Origin: Callorhinchus milii
Lineage: Eukaryota
NCBI RefSeq assembly: GCF_018977255.1
Contig: NW_024704756.1
Span: 14,014,001-14,078,000, forward strand
Reading direction: 5' to 3'
Length of the DNA stretch: 64,000 bases
In this document: piece by piece, positions 11,691-25,866 of the stretch
How the letters are laid out: each line of letters opens with the position of its first letter
Position numbering within the stretch: position 1 is the first letter of the stretch
The notes under the pieces: generated by a model
The model's input: only the letters and a program-made list of their open reading frames with translations
What the model was told of the DNA's origin: nothing
Databases searched by the model: none
Program-made: the position numbers and the translations under genes

Positions 11691-12052
11691 GGAGGGGAGA
11701 GGGGGGGGAGAGAGAGGGAGAGAGGGAGAGAGAGAGAGAGAGGGAGAGGAGAGAGAGAGAGGGGGAGGAGGGAGAGAGAGAGAGAGGGAGAGAGGGGGGA
11801 GAGAGAGGGGGAGGAGAGAGGGGGAGAGAGAGAGAGAGAGAGGAGAGGGGAGAGAGAGAGGGGGAGAGAGGGGGGAGGAGAGAGAGAGAGAGAGAGAGAG
11901 AGGAGGAGAGGGGGGAGAGAGAGAGGGAGGGAGAGGGGGAGGAGAGAGAGAGAGGGAGAGAGAGAGAGAGAGAGGGAGAGGGGGAGAGAGAGAGGGAGAG
12001 GAGAGAGGGAGAGGGGGAGAGAGAGGGAGAGAGAGAGAGAGAGGGGGAGAGA
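11690..12052. repeat. Purine-only (GA/GGA)n tract immediately before the ZC4H2 ATG
   Basis: Directly visible. Confidence 0.92.
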
Positions 12053-12071
12053 AAAAAAGAAAAAAAGCAAC

Positions 12072-12124
12072 ATGACCGACGAGCAGGAGATCATGTGCAA
12101 ACTGGAGAGCATCAAAGAAATAAG
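12072..12124 (+). CDS. ZC4H2: ZC4H2 coding exon 1
   Basis: ATG at 12072, MTDEQEIMCKLESIKEIR, donor AG|GTAAAG; 53 bp. Confidence 0.97.
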
Positions 12125-12365
12125 GTAAAGGGCGAGTGGGTCTCTCTCTCTCTCTCTCTCTCTGTGTCTCTGTCTGTCTCTGTGTCTCTGTCTCTCACTC
12201 ACGGTGCTCGATGGATGAAGTCAAAGCTGGTGGTGGTGGTGTTTGTTTTGTTGTTGTTGTTGGGCTGTGACCTGATGTCCTGTCCTAATCCGATCTGGAA
12301 ATGGTGGGATTCGGGTTCACTCTCGGACTCTGGCGTTTTGATTGTCCGAAACTCAGCGGCTCCTG

Positions 12366-12679
12366 TACACACACACACACCATACACACACACACCATAC
12401 ACACACACACACACACACCATACACACACACACCATACACACACACACCATACACACACACACACACACACCATACACCACACACACACCATACACACAC
12501 ACACCATACACACACACACACACACACACACCATACACACACACACCATACACACACCATACACACACCATACACACACACACACCATACACACACACAC
12601 ACACCATACACACACACACACACCATACACACACACACACCATACACACACACACACCATACATACACCATACACACAC

Positions 12680-12713
<34 letters not shown>

Positions 12714-13526
12714 ATACACACACACACCATACACACACACACCATACACACACCACACACACCATACACACACACCATACACCACACACACACCATACAC
12801 ACACACACCATACACACACACACACCACACACCATACACACACACACCACACACACACCACACACACACCATACACACACACCATACACACACACACCAT
12901 ACACACACACACCATACACACACCCACACACACACACCATACACACACACACACCCATACACACACACACCATACACACACCACACACACACACCATACA
13001 CACACACACCATACACACACACACCACCATACACACACACACACCATACACACACACACACCATACACACACACACACCATACACACACACACACCACAC
13101 ACACACACACCACACACACACACCATACACACACACACACCATACACACACATACACACCACACACACACACACACCATACACACACACACACCATACAC
13201 ACACACACACCACACACCATACACACACACACACCATACACACACACACACCATACACACCATACACACACACACCATACACACACACACCATACACACA
13301 CACACCATACACACACACCATACACATACACACCATACACATACACACCATACACATACACACCATACACACACACACACACCATACACACACACACACA
13401 CCATACACACACACCATACACACACACACACCACACACCACACACACACCATACACACACACACACACACACCATACACACACACACACCATACACACAC
13501 ACCATACACACACACACCATACACAC
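12366..13526. repeat. About 1.15 kb compound microsatellite [CCATA(CA)n]m in ZC4H2 intron 1
   Basis: Directly visible; source of the spurious HT/CV ORFs. Confidence 0.95.
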
Positions 13527-13728
13527 AAAAAGGGAGATGTGTTGAGTAGTCTGGTCCAGCAACAACAACAAACAAACAAACAAACATCCGCCTTAAAACG
13601 ACCGCGATCCATTCTCACGGTTTTTGACGCGGAACCGTAAACGCTAACGGGCAACTGATTAATTGTAATGTTTGTGCAAAAGACCGACTGTGGGGCTATT
13701 GCAGTTAACCGTTGGAGACGTTTCCAGA

Positions 13729-13925
13729 TGTGTTTGTGTCTGTGTGTGTGTTTGTTTGTGTTTGTTTGTGTTGGTGTGTGTGTTTGTTTGTGTTGGTGTG
13801 TGTGTGTGTTTGTGTTGGTGTGTGTGTGTTGTGTTGGTGTGTGTGTGTTTGTTTGTGTATGTTTGTGTATGTGTGTGTGTTTGTTGGTGTGTGTGTGTTT
13901 GTGTGTGGTGTGTGTGGTGTGTGTT
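13729..13925. repeat. Degenerate (TG)n tract
   Basis: Directly visible. Confidence 0.9.
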
Positions 13926-16900
13926 TACCAGGCAATGCCGACCCCGAGATTAGACAAAGAGGGAATTTACTTAAGTGACAGAAAGCAAATGCGCCACAAG
14001 TACAAACACACACACACACACACAAAACAACCCCAAAACACACCGCCCACCCACCCACTGTGGGCATCAATGTGGGCAATCCGTCACCGTGCATTTTTAA
14101 GTTTTTTTTAAAAAAAATTAAGGCTTGAAACGAAGGGAAGAAAGAAAATGCCCATCGAAAATTTGCAAAGTTGAACCCTACTGCATTTTTCCCCATCAGT
14201 TTGAAAATGAAAATATATCTGAACTTTTACACTATATTTTTTTTAGAAAAAGTAAATCATGCAAAGTAACCCAAAGATGCTGTTGAGTGGTATGATAGCA
14301 ATCGTATTTGTTGTTCTACAATTCAATAACATATTTAATGAGCGTGTGTAGTAAAGGTGTCTCTGAAAACTCAAATCCATGTAATTTTATAAAGATCTTA
14401 ATACAAACAGTTTAAACATTTATATCAGTGAGCTCTGTTTTCCTTACACCAAACAACTAATAGTTTGGGTAAAAGCAGTTTTATTTAACACGGTTGTAAG
14501 TAAAATGCATGTTCGGAATAATTTAAATTGTGGAAAGTTAGATATTACTGTGGAGATGATCTGTTTAATTTGGGGGGTAGTTTTCTTTGTATGTACTGTT
14601 ATTTCATATGCAAACTTTAGCAGAGAGTGTGAAACAACGGGAAACTGGGAATCTGCTGTAAGAACAAATTATGGCCATTTATAGGAGAAAACAGCAAACC
14701 CTTACATCATTACATGGTAAATTTAAACACTTTTTTNACTACTAGATCAAACCTTCTGCTTATTTTCTCAAATAACTGCATCCTCCTAACTAGTCAAACT
14801 CAACCTGCTCACTACTGTACTTCTATAGCAGTCACACCTAAGCCTTTCATGTTTGTGCTGAGTCTGTGCTCACACACTGTTCGCAACATATCTGTTAACA
14901 ATCCCGGTTTAAGGTCTATATTCACTGCAAGGAATTTTATGTTTTTCTTGTGACTTCATTCCATACACTAAAGTTGAAGCAAATCAAAAACAGAATGTGG
15001 CCTACAGCTCATTAGAGACATCAAACGAAAAATAAGTAACTTAAGAGGCTCAGTACTGGACTGACTTGCCGAGCTTTAATAAAAATATAATGAACAATAG
15101 TGCAAATTATTTACACCTGCTGTAGTTCATTGCCAGAGTTACTTCTAAAGCAAATCCCTGGAGATTTGGAATATATAACTGTCTGTGAAATAAGAAACTG
15201 TGGTCAAACTGGATCTATTCATTAGATGCTTCTATCTACCCTTCATTTCTTCTACCTCAAAACCTCAACACTATCATTGATTTTCATACCCTAAGTTTAA
15301 GTCTTGCTACAGAGTATTGAGGTGTTTTTTTGCTGGAATGTTTTTGTAGTTTTAAAAATAGAATCCAATCCATAGGTAACATAGGAACGGACAATACTCG
15401 TAAAGATGGTTTTGAACCATTTGGCAGGTCCCAAAGTAACAAAACAAAAGCACTCTCTCAAATCCTTCATCGTCATTTTATGACTATGACAACAAAGGGA
15501 GTTATCAATTCCAACAGTTGATCTGCCTAAAAAAATTGGGATGATTTTACACTATAAGACCCAAGTGATTTTATAACAGGTAGGAGACTTTTTTTCCATA
15601 AATTGACATGCATACATGAAAAGTTTATTAAAAATGCTTATTCATTTTATTCCTAATTTTGAAAGTATGTCTTGTCCAATAGTTCAGATTCATTTAACAT
15701 TTTTCTTAGTGTTCAGAGCAAAACAGGAAATAGTTTCCAGAGCAGATAAAGAGAATAATATGATTTAAATTGTAGCCTGAAATGATGTCGTACATATATA
15801 AAAGGCGATTCTTAAGTGAAACTTGGAGTTTCCATACATAGTTAGCAGGCAGTCTTTTTGTATGAATTGTCCATAACTAACTTCACTGGAAAAATTGCAC
15901 ACCTATGGAATATAATCTTAAACTATCCCTTCCAAGGATTCTTAGTTTTTTAAAAAAACATTATCCTATTTAGCTTCTCCTTTAAGAATTCATGTAAATT
16001 TCAAAATTTCTTGGCTTTTTTTTGTGCAGCTGACAAGCGTGACAAATTGTGTTTTAACCTCACTAGAGTTAAATAAGGTTCTTTTTTTTGGGGGGTCTTA
16101 TCGTTGAATTACTCAAAACTTCTTAGGTCATCTTATGTAATAAGCATTTAGATATTCAATCCCCTTCTCCCATAGTACCATAAATTACAAAACATATAGA
16201 AGATTAAAGAGTATCTCAGTCCCTAACCTAATGGGCAAACTTTTAGTATTACTTGTAAGACTGCGAAAAATTGTAAGAATATATCACCTTCAATTAATGA
16301 ATAGTTAGCTCAAGCTGTAGAATTGAATGTATAATTTCGAGAGCCCTTTGGAAGGCCCAGGTGTTTGGCCAATAATGATTATAATAACAAGTTACCACCT
16401 CAATAGAGAAATAGACCCAAATCAAGTAGCACTCATTACTCATCCATTCCATGACAGGATGTTGTTTCATATGTGCTTCGTGCCCTTTGCGAGATGGTAT
16501 ATTAAAAACATTGCTGTCATTGTAAGATTTAGATTGATTTGTGGCTTGCATTGTTGCTTAATTATATTTCCAAGAAGCAACTAATCTATTTTCATTGTTG
16601 ATGGCTGGTAAGGACATTAACAGTCCTCTCTCTGTATACTGTAATAAATCTGAGTTCATATTCCTGTAGCTAGTAAGAGACAAGGCTATTGCACTGTAGT
16701 TGTGAAAATTATTGTGGCTGCACAACAGAATTGGGATCATTTTACAAAGGTCGCTAGCAAATCTGAAAACATTGTTACATCAGAGTGTCAAAGAGTGCAT
16801 TCCATGATGTTGTAAACTGAACCATTAAGAAGAGTTTTCATCCAGAAATTGCCGCAATTTGAAAAAATATATATTTACCTGCCTAAAGGACCTATTCGTA

Positions 16901-18500
16901 ATGGAAAGTACTCAATTTAACAGCAATCAAATCTATTTTATACTCGATTTGGAATGGTTTGCGTTCTGCTGTAGATTCCCAATTGACCCATTGTACAATG
17001 TCACCAAGAACATAACTCCATTGGAATGGATGACAGATTCATGCTATACTAAAATTATTATATCATATACCAAAAATTCTAAGAATATATAACCTTCAAT
17101 TAATGAATATATATATACATACTATACTGCAACATGCGTAGGATTTCTTGGCCAAGTTTTTTTTTGCTGCCCTTCAAACATAGTCAGTCTGAACTATTGT
17201 AATGTGAAAACTGTCTGGTAGATTTAGAAAACAAGATGGCAAATGGTTGAAACTCTCCTGCTTTTCTATCACTTTTGATTTTTGTGTGTATTATATGCTG
17301 CCAGCTAAAACAGCCTGATTGTCACTGGCTACCTCTCCTGTCGCCTCTGCATTGAACTTATAAGTTTAGGTGTTCATAGAGACAGCATTGTTCGCTATTG
17401 CTCATCTTACATTATTACATCTGGTTTATTTTTTATTTGCTTGCTTTGGGTTATCAAAACTGATACCCAATATTCCTGCCTTATTATTGTTTCTAGTGCA
17501 AATTAGTATTTGCATTTGCTTACACAGCAGCAATAAGTACACTTGAAAATAAATTGTATGAAGTGCTTTGAGGTGCTTCAATGCGATAAGGTGATATAAC
17601 AGATGCAGTATTTTACCGTAAAATTCTTGCAATAGTTCTCTGACTTAACCAAATAATGCATTGGTTCATGTACAGAATTTGCTTTGGTTGGCTCTTTATC
17701 TATCTGTATATTGAAATAAAGAGGCCCTTAGGCCTTATTCAGAGGCAGCTCTTTGTTAACTATTGCAAATGTATAATTAGATGTCACTAGTAAGAAACTA
17801 CTACAATTTTTTAAGATTTCAAGGCTACTACTTCTACATAGTGTATGATGACTTATCCAAAGTAGATTGTAAAGGGAACTGACCCATCCTTTTAAAGAAC
17901 ATTTTAGCTAGAACCTAATTGAACATTTCTACTTGAAAGGACTGGGTCATGAGATGCAAAATTGTTCCATTTCTCAGCACTGACTTCACTTTACTTTATC
18001 AGTAAAATAATTCAGCAGAAAGTAAAAGCTCAGCAGAAATTAACAGCTTTTTTTATTCTTGTAGTTTCATTTCGGGGCATTAATTTCTGTTGGTAAGACT
18101 ATCCCAATTTTATTGTACAACAGTGTAATTATGGCTCGCCTTCCATTGTTCTGAACTAATGTGCTGTACTTACACATTGGTTGCTTGTTTTTATAAGTAG
18201 GTTCATTTATGGTACTGTTGGTTGAGTGGTTTGAATAGTAATAATAAGTGATGGGAATGAAATGACAGAAATACATTGTCTTTAAAGTAACAAATGGGTT
18301 GCCTGTATTTTGTATATTTTCTCCCTATTTGGTGATTTAAACCCTATTGAATGATACTGGAATCTTGATTTTCTCACCCAGTCAATAAATAAAATTTATT
18401 GAGCAGCAGATACATTCAGCCATCAGGGAAAAAAAAGAAATGTTTGAAACATTTTTTTTAAGAATTCATATATTATATTTGTGCTTGTATGAAATTGCAG

Positions 18501-18672
18501 ATCTAAGACAGTGCAAATGGAAAAAATAAAGTCTCGCTTGAAATCAGAATTTGATGCATTAGAATCTGAAGAAAGGCACCTAAAAGATTATAAACATGAA
18601 ATGGATCTTTTACTGCAAGAAAAGATGGCACATGTGGAAGAACTTCGACTCATCCATGCTGATATCAATGTG
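18501..18672 (+). CDS. ZC4H2: ZC4H2 coding exon 2
   Basis: ttgcag| [57 protein letters not shown] |gtatgt; 172 bp. Confidence 0.97.
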
Positions 18673-19039
18673 GTATGTTCAAGAACTAAACGTTTATCAC
18701 TTATTTATTTGCTGATATGTAGTAAGAATAATGATTTAAATAATATGTATATTCATGGTTTAATCTTATTAAGGCTGTATAACCAATGATTTGTTTGCCT
18801 CAATTTAAGACTTTGAATTGATTTCTGATTTTTTTTAGAAAAAAATAAAACAATGAGGCTCGAGCCCTTGATCCTTTCATGAGTGGCTACTTAGCACTAG
18901 TTTCCCCCCAGATAGGAGAAGAGTGTCCTTGACAATCTTCTGTCCTTGACTCGAGAAGAGGCTTGCAAACTTGCTAGAAACTTTTTAATGTTTCTTTTCT
19001 TAGTTCAATGAATATAAAATGGTAAGATCTGCGGCAAAT

Positions 19040-19105
19040 ACATGGGAACAGAAACAGTAGGCTGAAGGGCTGTCTTCTGTGCTGTAAATTTCTATGGATC
19101 TATGG
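19040..19105 (+). mobile_element. CR1 extreme 3' end relic
   Basis: GGCTGAAGGGC...TTCTGTGCTGTAAATTTCTATGGATCTATG; reverse copy at about 57472-57530. Confidence 0.55.
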
Positions 19106-19160
19106 CCTAATGAAGTGCTAATAGGAACAATGATAGTAGGATTTTCCCCTTTTTTTGTAG

Positions 19161-19334
<174 letters not shown>

Positions 19335-19634
19335 TAAGTATTTGATTCAGTAATATGATGGGGTGTAATATTGTCTGTGTAAGGTTACACATATGGTCCT
19401 ATATTATTAAGTCAATTCAATTCATCTTAAATGTGCTTTAGTTCAAAATCAAAACTAAAAAAGTGACTGTAATTCTATTTTTCTCTCACATATTTCATAA
19501 ATGGCCAGAAACTGTCATGAATCAGTCTCTAACAGGGAATTTATATTGGGTAATAAAAATACTCTACCATGCTCCTTTAGGATGCTAACAGGCTTATAAG
19601 ATGGAAATAACATTTTCATTGGTTTGGTCTTTAG

Positions 19635-19797
19635 TTACTTTGAGAAGCAAAAAGCAGAGTGGCAGACGGAAACTCAGGAACCACCCATCCCCGAGTCTCT
19701 CGCTGCAGCTGCAGCAGCTGCCCAGCAACTTCAGGTGGCCAGGAAGCAGGACGCTCGACAAACCGCCACCTTCCGCCAGCAACCACCTCCCATGAAG
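19635..19797 (+). CDS. ZC4H2: ZC4H2 coding exon 4
   Basis: ctttag| [54 protein letters not shown] |gtaaaa; 163 bp. Confidence 0.97.
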
Positions 19798-20279
19798 GTA
19801 AAACTGATTAATGCTTGCGACGTAATTTAACACATTGGTGTTTTACTGCATTTTTAACCTCCCCCTCCCCAAAGCCGTTTTACAGGGTTAGCAACATCAC
19901 AAATGGTCATTCTTTATCCTTTACTTTCATGGGCACAAAAATATTAACAAACTGACTTCAGCTTAAAGGGCTACAATTAGAAGAGGGAAAAACCTGTCAC
20001 AGTTTTCACTCCTGTTACTGATCCAGTAATACCCTGATGTGTTTAGATTTGTAGTTGACTCAGCAGTGACGCTTCCCCATAGATGTCTGGCATAGGGGCC
20101 AGACAACTATGGCTCCTAGCTCCAATGGATCCTGAGCATAAATCTCCTTTCGTGAGTGGACAGAGAAAGTACATTTTGGGGAGTAAAATATCCAAAACAA
20201 TTCGCTTCTGTCTGATATCCTCGTCATTTGTGGAAATATCAAATAAATGGCAAAATTCAGTGAAACTTGATTTACCCAC

Positions 20280-20475
20280 TTTCAGCCACTACGCCCCAAA
20301 GCTCTGGAACACTCTCCCTCAATCCCTCCGCTTTGCCCCCTCCCATTTTTCATGTCCCACCTGAAAACCTTCCTCTTCAACTGTGCTTACGGCCACCTCC
20401 CCCACCCCACCCCCGGCTCCGAGTCAGGCTCCGCCACTGTTAAAGTGCTCTGAGATGCTATTTGTTGTTGTTGTA
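20280..20475 (+). mobile_element. Short L2 3' fragment in ZC4H2 intron 4
   Basis: FSHYAPKLWNTLPQSLR; similar to the 47.7 kb copy; (TTG)n tail. Confidence 0.75.
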
Positions 20476-20615
20476 ACCCTCTAGAATTAGCAGATCTATT
20501 TGACTCTTGTTGTACACAATGTAAAAGTACCTAAAAATAACATTAAATAATGCATGATTATTCCAAAAATGGTAATGCTCCAAGAGGAATATAACTTATC
20601 TCTCTTTTGTGTTGA

Positions 20616-20732
<117 letters not shown>

Positions 20733-21577
20733 AACTGCATTAAAAATAAACAAAATAGCAACATTTTAAGTGTGGCATTGTTACTCACATGCAAACTAAG
20801 ATGTTATGTAGTTGTTTTATATTTTATTGTGTTGTAAGCACAACATTTGGTTTGTTTGCTTTTAGAAAATGACATCTTGTGCCAATAGAAAATTATCCAA
20901 AATACTTGTATCACTGTAACGTAAGGTAATATAGAGTAGAATTTGTCAATTGTTTAAATATGGAAACTAATGCATATTTAGCTACTGGAACGATACTAAA
21001 AGTAGTAATGTGAAAATCTATTTGGACTGAAATGGTGAAAAAAATTTCAAATTAATGTATTGAACTTGTAGATGTGCATTGAGCTGTACCATGGTCTCAC
21101 AATTGCATAATTTGCTGAAGAACAAGTCTGCTGAAATGATGTCAAAAGCTAAGCATTTATTTATCTTTTTTTTATTAAGTTTGGAAGAGCAATATTGTTG
21201 CTATAAATGGACCAAAATATTTTAAGAATACCTCTTTAATTAACTTATCTTGAAAACATAAATTTAAGTTAATGCTGTTTTACAACTCCTTAGCTTTACT
21301 TAAGATTCTAAATAGTTAAATGCAAATGAGGCTAATTCTTTTTGGATGTACAGTTTGATTGGATTTATTAAAATACATTAAACTACAATAAGTGTTCATT
21401 AACCACTTAAAAATGAAATATTTTAAGCTTTCGTGTTACACATTTCATTGCGATTGACAAATATTCCCAGAATTTTCAACAAATTACAATTTTGATGTAA
21501 ATTTTTTCCTTGTAACAAAATGTAAAGATGTAATGTTAAGCGTTGTATTTGAAAATTTTAGAATTTCCTACTTAGAA

Positions 21578-21583
21578 AATAAA
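21578..21583 (+). terminator. Candidate polyadenylation signal of ZC4H2
   Basis: AATAAA at the end of an AT-rich stretch about 850 nt after the stop; other AATAAA copies exist nearer the stop. Confidence 0.35.
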
Positions 21584-22319
21584 ATGATGGGGAGTTTAAG
21601 GGGAAGGATTGATGTCAAAGCAATTTCCAATTAATCAAAGTATTTTGGGAGGCTCATGCAGCAAGCCAGCAAATAAATCGAGACAAGCATTTTCATGCAG
21701 AATCCTATACATCAGAATTTTAATTATGAAGTTTACCAAGGCTGGTAAATTTCATGACACATTTCTATTTACGACCCTATTCAGTGCTCCCAAGTTTCCA
21801 TCATGAGCCAGCTGTTCAACCATCACCACCACCTTAAATTACTATGGACTTCATTGGAGTGGGTTCAACCCCAGTGACGCCCAACTTGCCTTCTAAGTGG
21901 GTTATAATTGTTCTAGTAGTATACATTTTTATCAACCTCAAAGGAACGAAGGATTGAATTGTATCCACAAGTATTTCCAATTGAAAACCTATTGGTCCAA
22001 AGTATGTTTTAACTAATCAAGCTACCGGGGATGTTCTTTTGCATTATGAGCTCTTAATTTTAGCATCAAAAGTGTTAATTCCCTTCAGGGCATGAAAATT
22101 CATGGTAACTTCAGACCACTTTCTAGTACTGTATCAAGATGCAATTTAGAAATGTGCTATATATCTGATTAGTGTAATGTATTCCAGAATCTCCAGTTCT
22201 TGAGGCGAGTTTATACTGCAGGGGGGTGGGGTAGAGAAGGAAAACGATTTGCTAAACAACTCTATACCATTACTTGCGAGGTTGGAGTCTGGTTAAGTAC
22301 ATTAAATGCCAATGTTTTA

Positions 22320-22557
22320 ATAATAATAATCCTTGCATTTGATATAGCGCTTTTCACGTCGGGAGGATGTCCCAAAGCGCTTCACAGAACACACTGTAAA
22401 GTGAATTGACTGTATATTTGTGGGCGAACGCGGCAGCCAATTGCGCACAGCAATGTCCCACAAACAGTCGTAGATTGAAAATGACCAATTTATTATTGTT
22501 TTGTTTTTTTGGAGGGATTATTATTAGGCTCTGTGTGGAGTAAGGAAACTTGCCCAA
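22320..22557 (-). mobile_element. 5'-truncated SINE
   Basis: Nearly identical to the 54548 copy. Confidence 0.9.
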
Positions 22558-24013
22558 ATTTGACAATGGAAATTACAGCAAAGTTTGATGCTGTTCTTAC
22601 CTGAAATTCAGACAGACATTTATCAGTCTGGATAGTGATCAGGAACAGGAATATTAGCAGATATTTTTACACTCACTAATCCAAGAGTACTAAATATTAT
22701 GTGAATGGATTCACAAATATCTCAGTTCAAAACCTACTGGTCCCAAGTATGATCTTTTAATTGACAGAGCTACCTGAGATGTTCTTTTGCATAATGAGTT
22801 CTTGATTTCAACAGACTGTGTGACATCAGGCGTCCAGTTGTACGAAATGCAGCTGCTGCTGCTTTTGCTGATATTAATTAATGGACAAGAGAATGGAACC
22901 TGCCTACTTGTTCAAGTGGACTTTACAGATTCCACAATACTATTCGAAAAGGAATGGGAGTTTCTTCTGGTTACATAATTAAAACATTATAGTTTTTGCA
23001 AAATACATTAATATCTAATTCTCAAGGGGCTTGGTACCCCTAATGTCAGCACACTGGAACACAGCTATGCCCATTTCAATTATCTTGGATCCTTAAGATT
23101 ACTCCTGTTTTAACAAAATGTTTCTGGAATAGCTTTTCAATCCCAGATGGTCCTAACCATCACCAGTGAGAAATGCTAAGAGAAATCTGACATCCAAGGC
23201 ATTTTAATCTTCTTGCAAACATTTCATCCCATTTAAATGCAAAATTATAAGTTGTACAAATTTAGTCTGTTTGCACAAAAGAATAACTGGATAACCACTT
23301 GTACTTTACTGAGGATTCTAGGAAGATTGAAGGACTAAATGAAGTGTAGATTTAAAGCAGTAATTGAATCTAAGAGTTCTATAGAGCTTTGATCTTGTTG
23401 TCTTTAACACCAGAACCCCAGAATTTAATTATGGGTATTTATAGATCCGCAGAGGCTCCAAGAATTGGAGATTCTGGAATATATTACACTAATCAGATAT
23501 ACAGCACATTTCTAAATTGCATCTTGATACAGTACCATTTGTATTCAAAATCCTCCAAAGATCGATCTCTTCAATCTTACCTCTGGTCACCTTTAAATTC
23601 CTTCCACTTCTTACTTTGTTGCCACTGCTTCCACTAAGTGATTTGAAACATTCTTTTATAGGAAAGAAGCTATATTGATGAAAGACTAGCTAAAGATTTA
23701 ATTTTCCTAGACGTTTTGCTCAAAGTCTTCACAATGGTAGTTTTGGGCAACTAATTTCCAATTTGAGTTGAATTACATTGAATTTAAATTCAGCTCTGAA
23801 ATCAAGGAAAATCACAATAGATACTGATCATTCACATTACTGCGACAAACTGAATAACATGGTCCTAAACCTTATAACCAGCATTTAAGTTTGTATACTG
23901 TAGTTTACAAATTAGTATTAAAATATTTTTGGTGTAAATTTGATCGTATGGATATTAAACAGTATTATTTGGCCACAGAAAACAATGTCAAATTACGACA
24001 AAAGATGCTCAAC

Positions 24014-24019
24014 TTTATT
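24014..24019 (-). terminator. Candidate polyadenylation signal of the TCP1-like gene
   Basis: AATAAA on - strand about 530 nt after the stop, followed by GT/T-rich sequence. Confidence 0.45.
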
Positions 24020-24550
24020 CCACTAAATCCAAATAGGTAATGCAAACAAATACAATTGGGTGATCTCAATCTAGTTCCTGGGTAGGCTTAAGATCACAGA
24101 CCAAAACTTTAATTGGCCATTAATCGTCCACCTTATTTAACCTCATAAATGCGCAAAATTGAAACTTTACATTCAATTAGTAGGGGTTGTGCTTCTGACG
24201 TTCAGTCAAGCATTTCTTATAGTAGATGGAATTTTATGAGGATCTGGCTATACTATACTTATTTGGGAATATTTCATATTAACACTGGGGCCTGTAATGC
24301 AAGAATTACAGTACACTCCTGTTTTCATCCTTGTTTTGATCAAAACAAAAATATCAAGTACACCCAAAACAAAAAAGCAAGAACAGAAAGGTTACAAACC
24401 AAATTTTATAAAGACAGCAGAGTGAGCACAAAAAAATAGTATTCCATTAAGTGTGCACTAAATTGTGCAAGCTGGATATAATAAATACTATGATTATGAA
24501 AATAGATCATTTTAGGTCATCATGTTATTGCATCCTATTTGCATGGATAT

Positions 24551-24758
24551 TTAAAGTCTACCGCTGGCTATAGGTGCTTGAAAGGTCTTCCCAATTGTTT
24601 TTTCATCTGGAGACAATCTGACCAAGTCATCTACCCGTAGAATTGTAACTGCAGCTTCAGTAGCAAATTTAATACTCTTTATTTTCACCACTGCAGGTTC
24701 AAAGATCCCAGCTTGTTTACAGTCATGTGGTCTCCCATTCAGAAGATCCAAACCGACC
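24551..24758 (-). CDS. TCP1: TCP1-like exon 12 (stop)
   Basis: VGLDLLNGRPHDCKQAGIFEPAVVKIKSIKFATEAAVTILRVDDLVRLSPDEKTIGKTFQAPIASGRL*; the 12 exons sum to 1701 nt = 566 aa + stop with no frameshift. Confidence 0.93.
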
Positions 24759-25355
24759 CTGAAAATAAATTAAGTTTGACTTTGTACTTCAAGAGAATGT
24801 CACAATCGATTGATTTTGAATGCCTTGGCACGTCCTCCCGACGTGAAAGGGACTTTACAAATATAATTTTGTGTTGTATTGTAATCATGTATGATCAGCA
24901 GTGCTAAAAGGCAACATTATAGAACGTGAAAAGTTTCTAACCATGCTAACACTTAACATTCAGTTTTATCTCGGTAGTTTTTTTTAAAAATGATTTATTA
25001 CACCATTCTTGTGTGTTAAAATGGGGAAACAAGTTTTTTTTCAATAAAATATTCATATAAATAAAGACTATAATACAGAAAGTTATTCCCTGGACATATA
25101 AAGTTTGCTGATTAGTTAAATTGCTCATTTTGTTATTACTGGTAATTTCTATAGAGTACAAACACAATTCTATGCAAGCTGGCATCATGTACAGAAAGAT
25201 AATTGAGTGCTGCATTAACATTAGGTCGCCTGTTAAACAAAGGAGGAAAGTCTGTAATATGCTACACATGGAGTTTGCATAAAGCCCCTGTACATACTAC
25301 AGTTTAAATGGCTTGCATACAATTTACAATAATTTATTTGTATTCGTATACTTAC

Positions 25356-25519
25356 CATTTGAAGTGGTTTCTATCTGGATTAGTTTGTGCTTGATTATGG
25401 AAAGCTCTCATTTTAGCTACCAAATCTATAGAATCTTGTGCTGCATTTACAGCCAGTGTTTTAGGAATAACAAGAAGTGAATGTGCAAATTCTGCAATAG
25501 CTTGCTGCTCTCTGGATCC
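25356..25519 (-). CDS. TCP1: TCP1-like exon 11
   Basis: GSREQQAIAEFAHSLLVIPKTLAVNAAQDSIDLVAKMRAFHNQAQTNPDRNHFKW; 164 bp. Confidence 0.94.
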
Positions 25520-25866
25520 CTAAAACACAAATGAGCTATTTTTCAAAGGTCAAGTTTACAGAAGGAACCTCTTAACATAGCTCTTATGTATTTTTTAATA
25601 ATGAAAATGATGGTAACACATGCAAAACATGATATTAATAATAATAATACTTGATATAGCACCTTATCACATCGTCAAGAAGTCTAAAAACACTTTACAG
25701 GATTCACTGTAAAGTAGTGTGATGTGTATTTTGGGTCAAAATGATACATTATATCCTTACGAGGTAGATAACTGTGCAAAATAAACTAAAGTGAAACCGT
25801 GCAATTCCTGAACATGTTTGGGTCAGACAACTGGCAGAACCAAAAAAACCTTTTTAAGAAAAATAC

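Noticed and set aside
10620..12202. Pro-rich, Gly-rich and Leu/Ser or Glu/Arg ORFs upstream of ZC4H2
   Set aside because: Products of the C-rich and GA repeats.
12095..13654. 400-480 aa His/Thr or Cys/Val ORFs in all six frames
   Set aside because: Translations of a stop-free (CA)n microsatellite.
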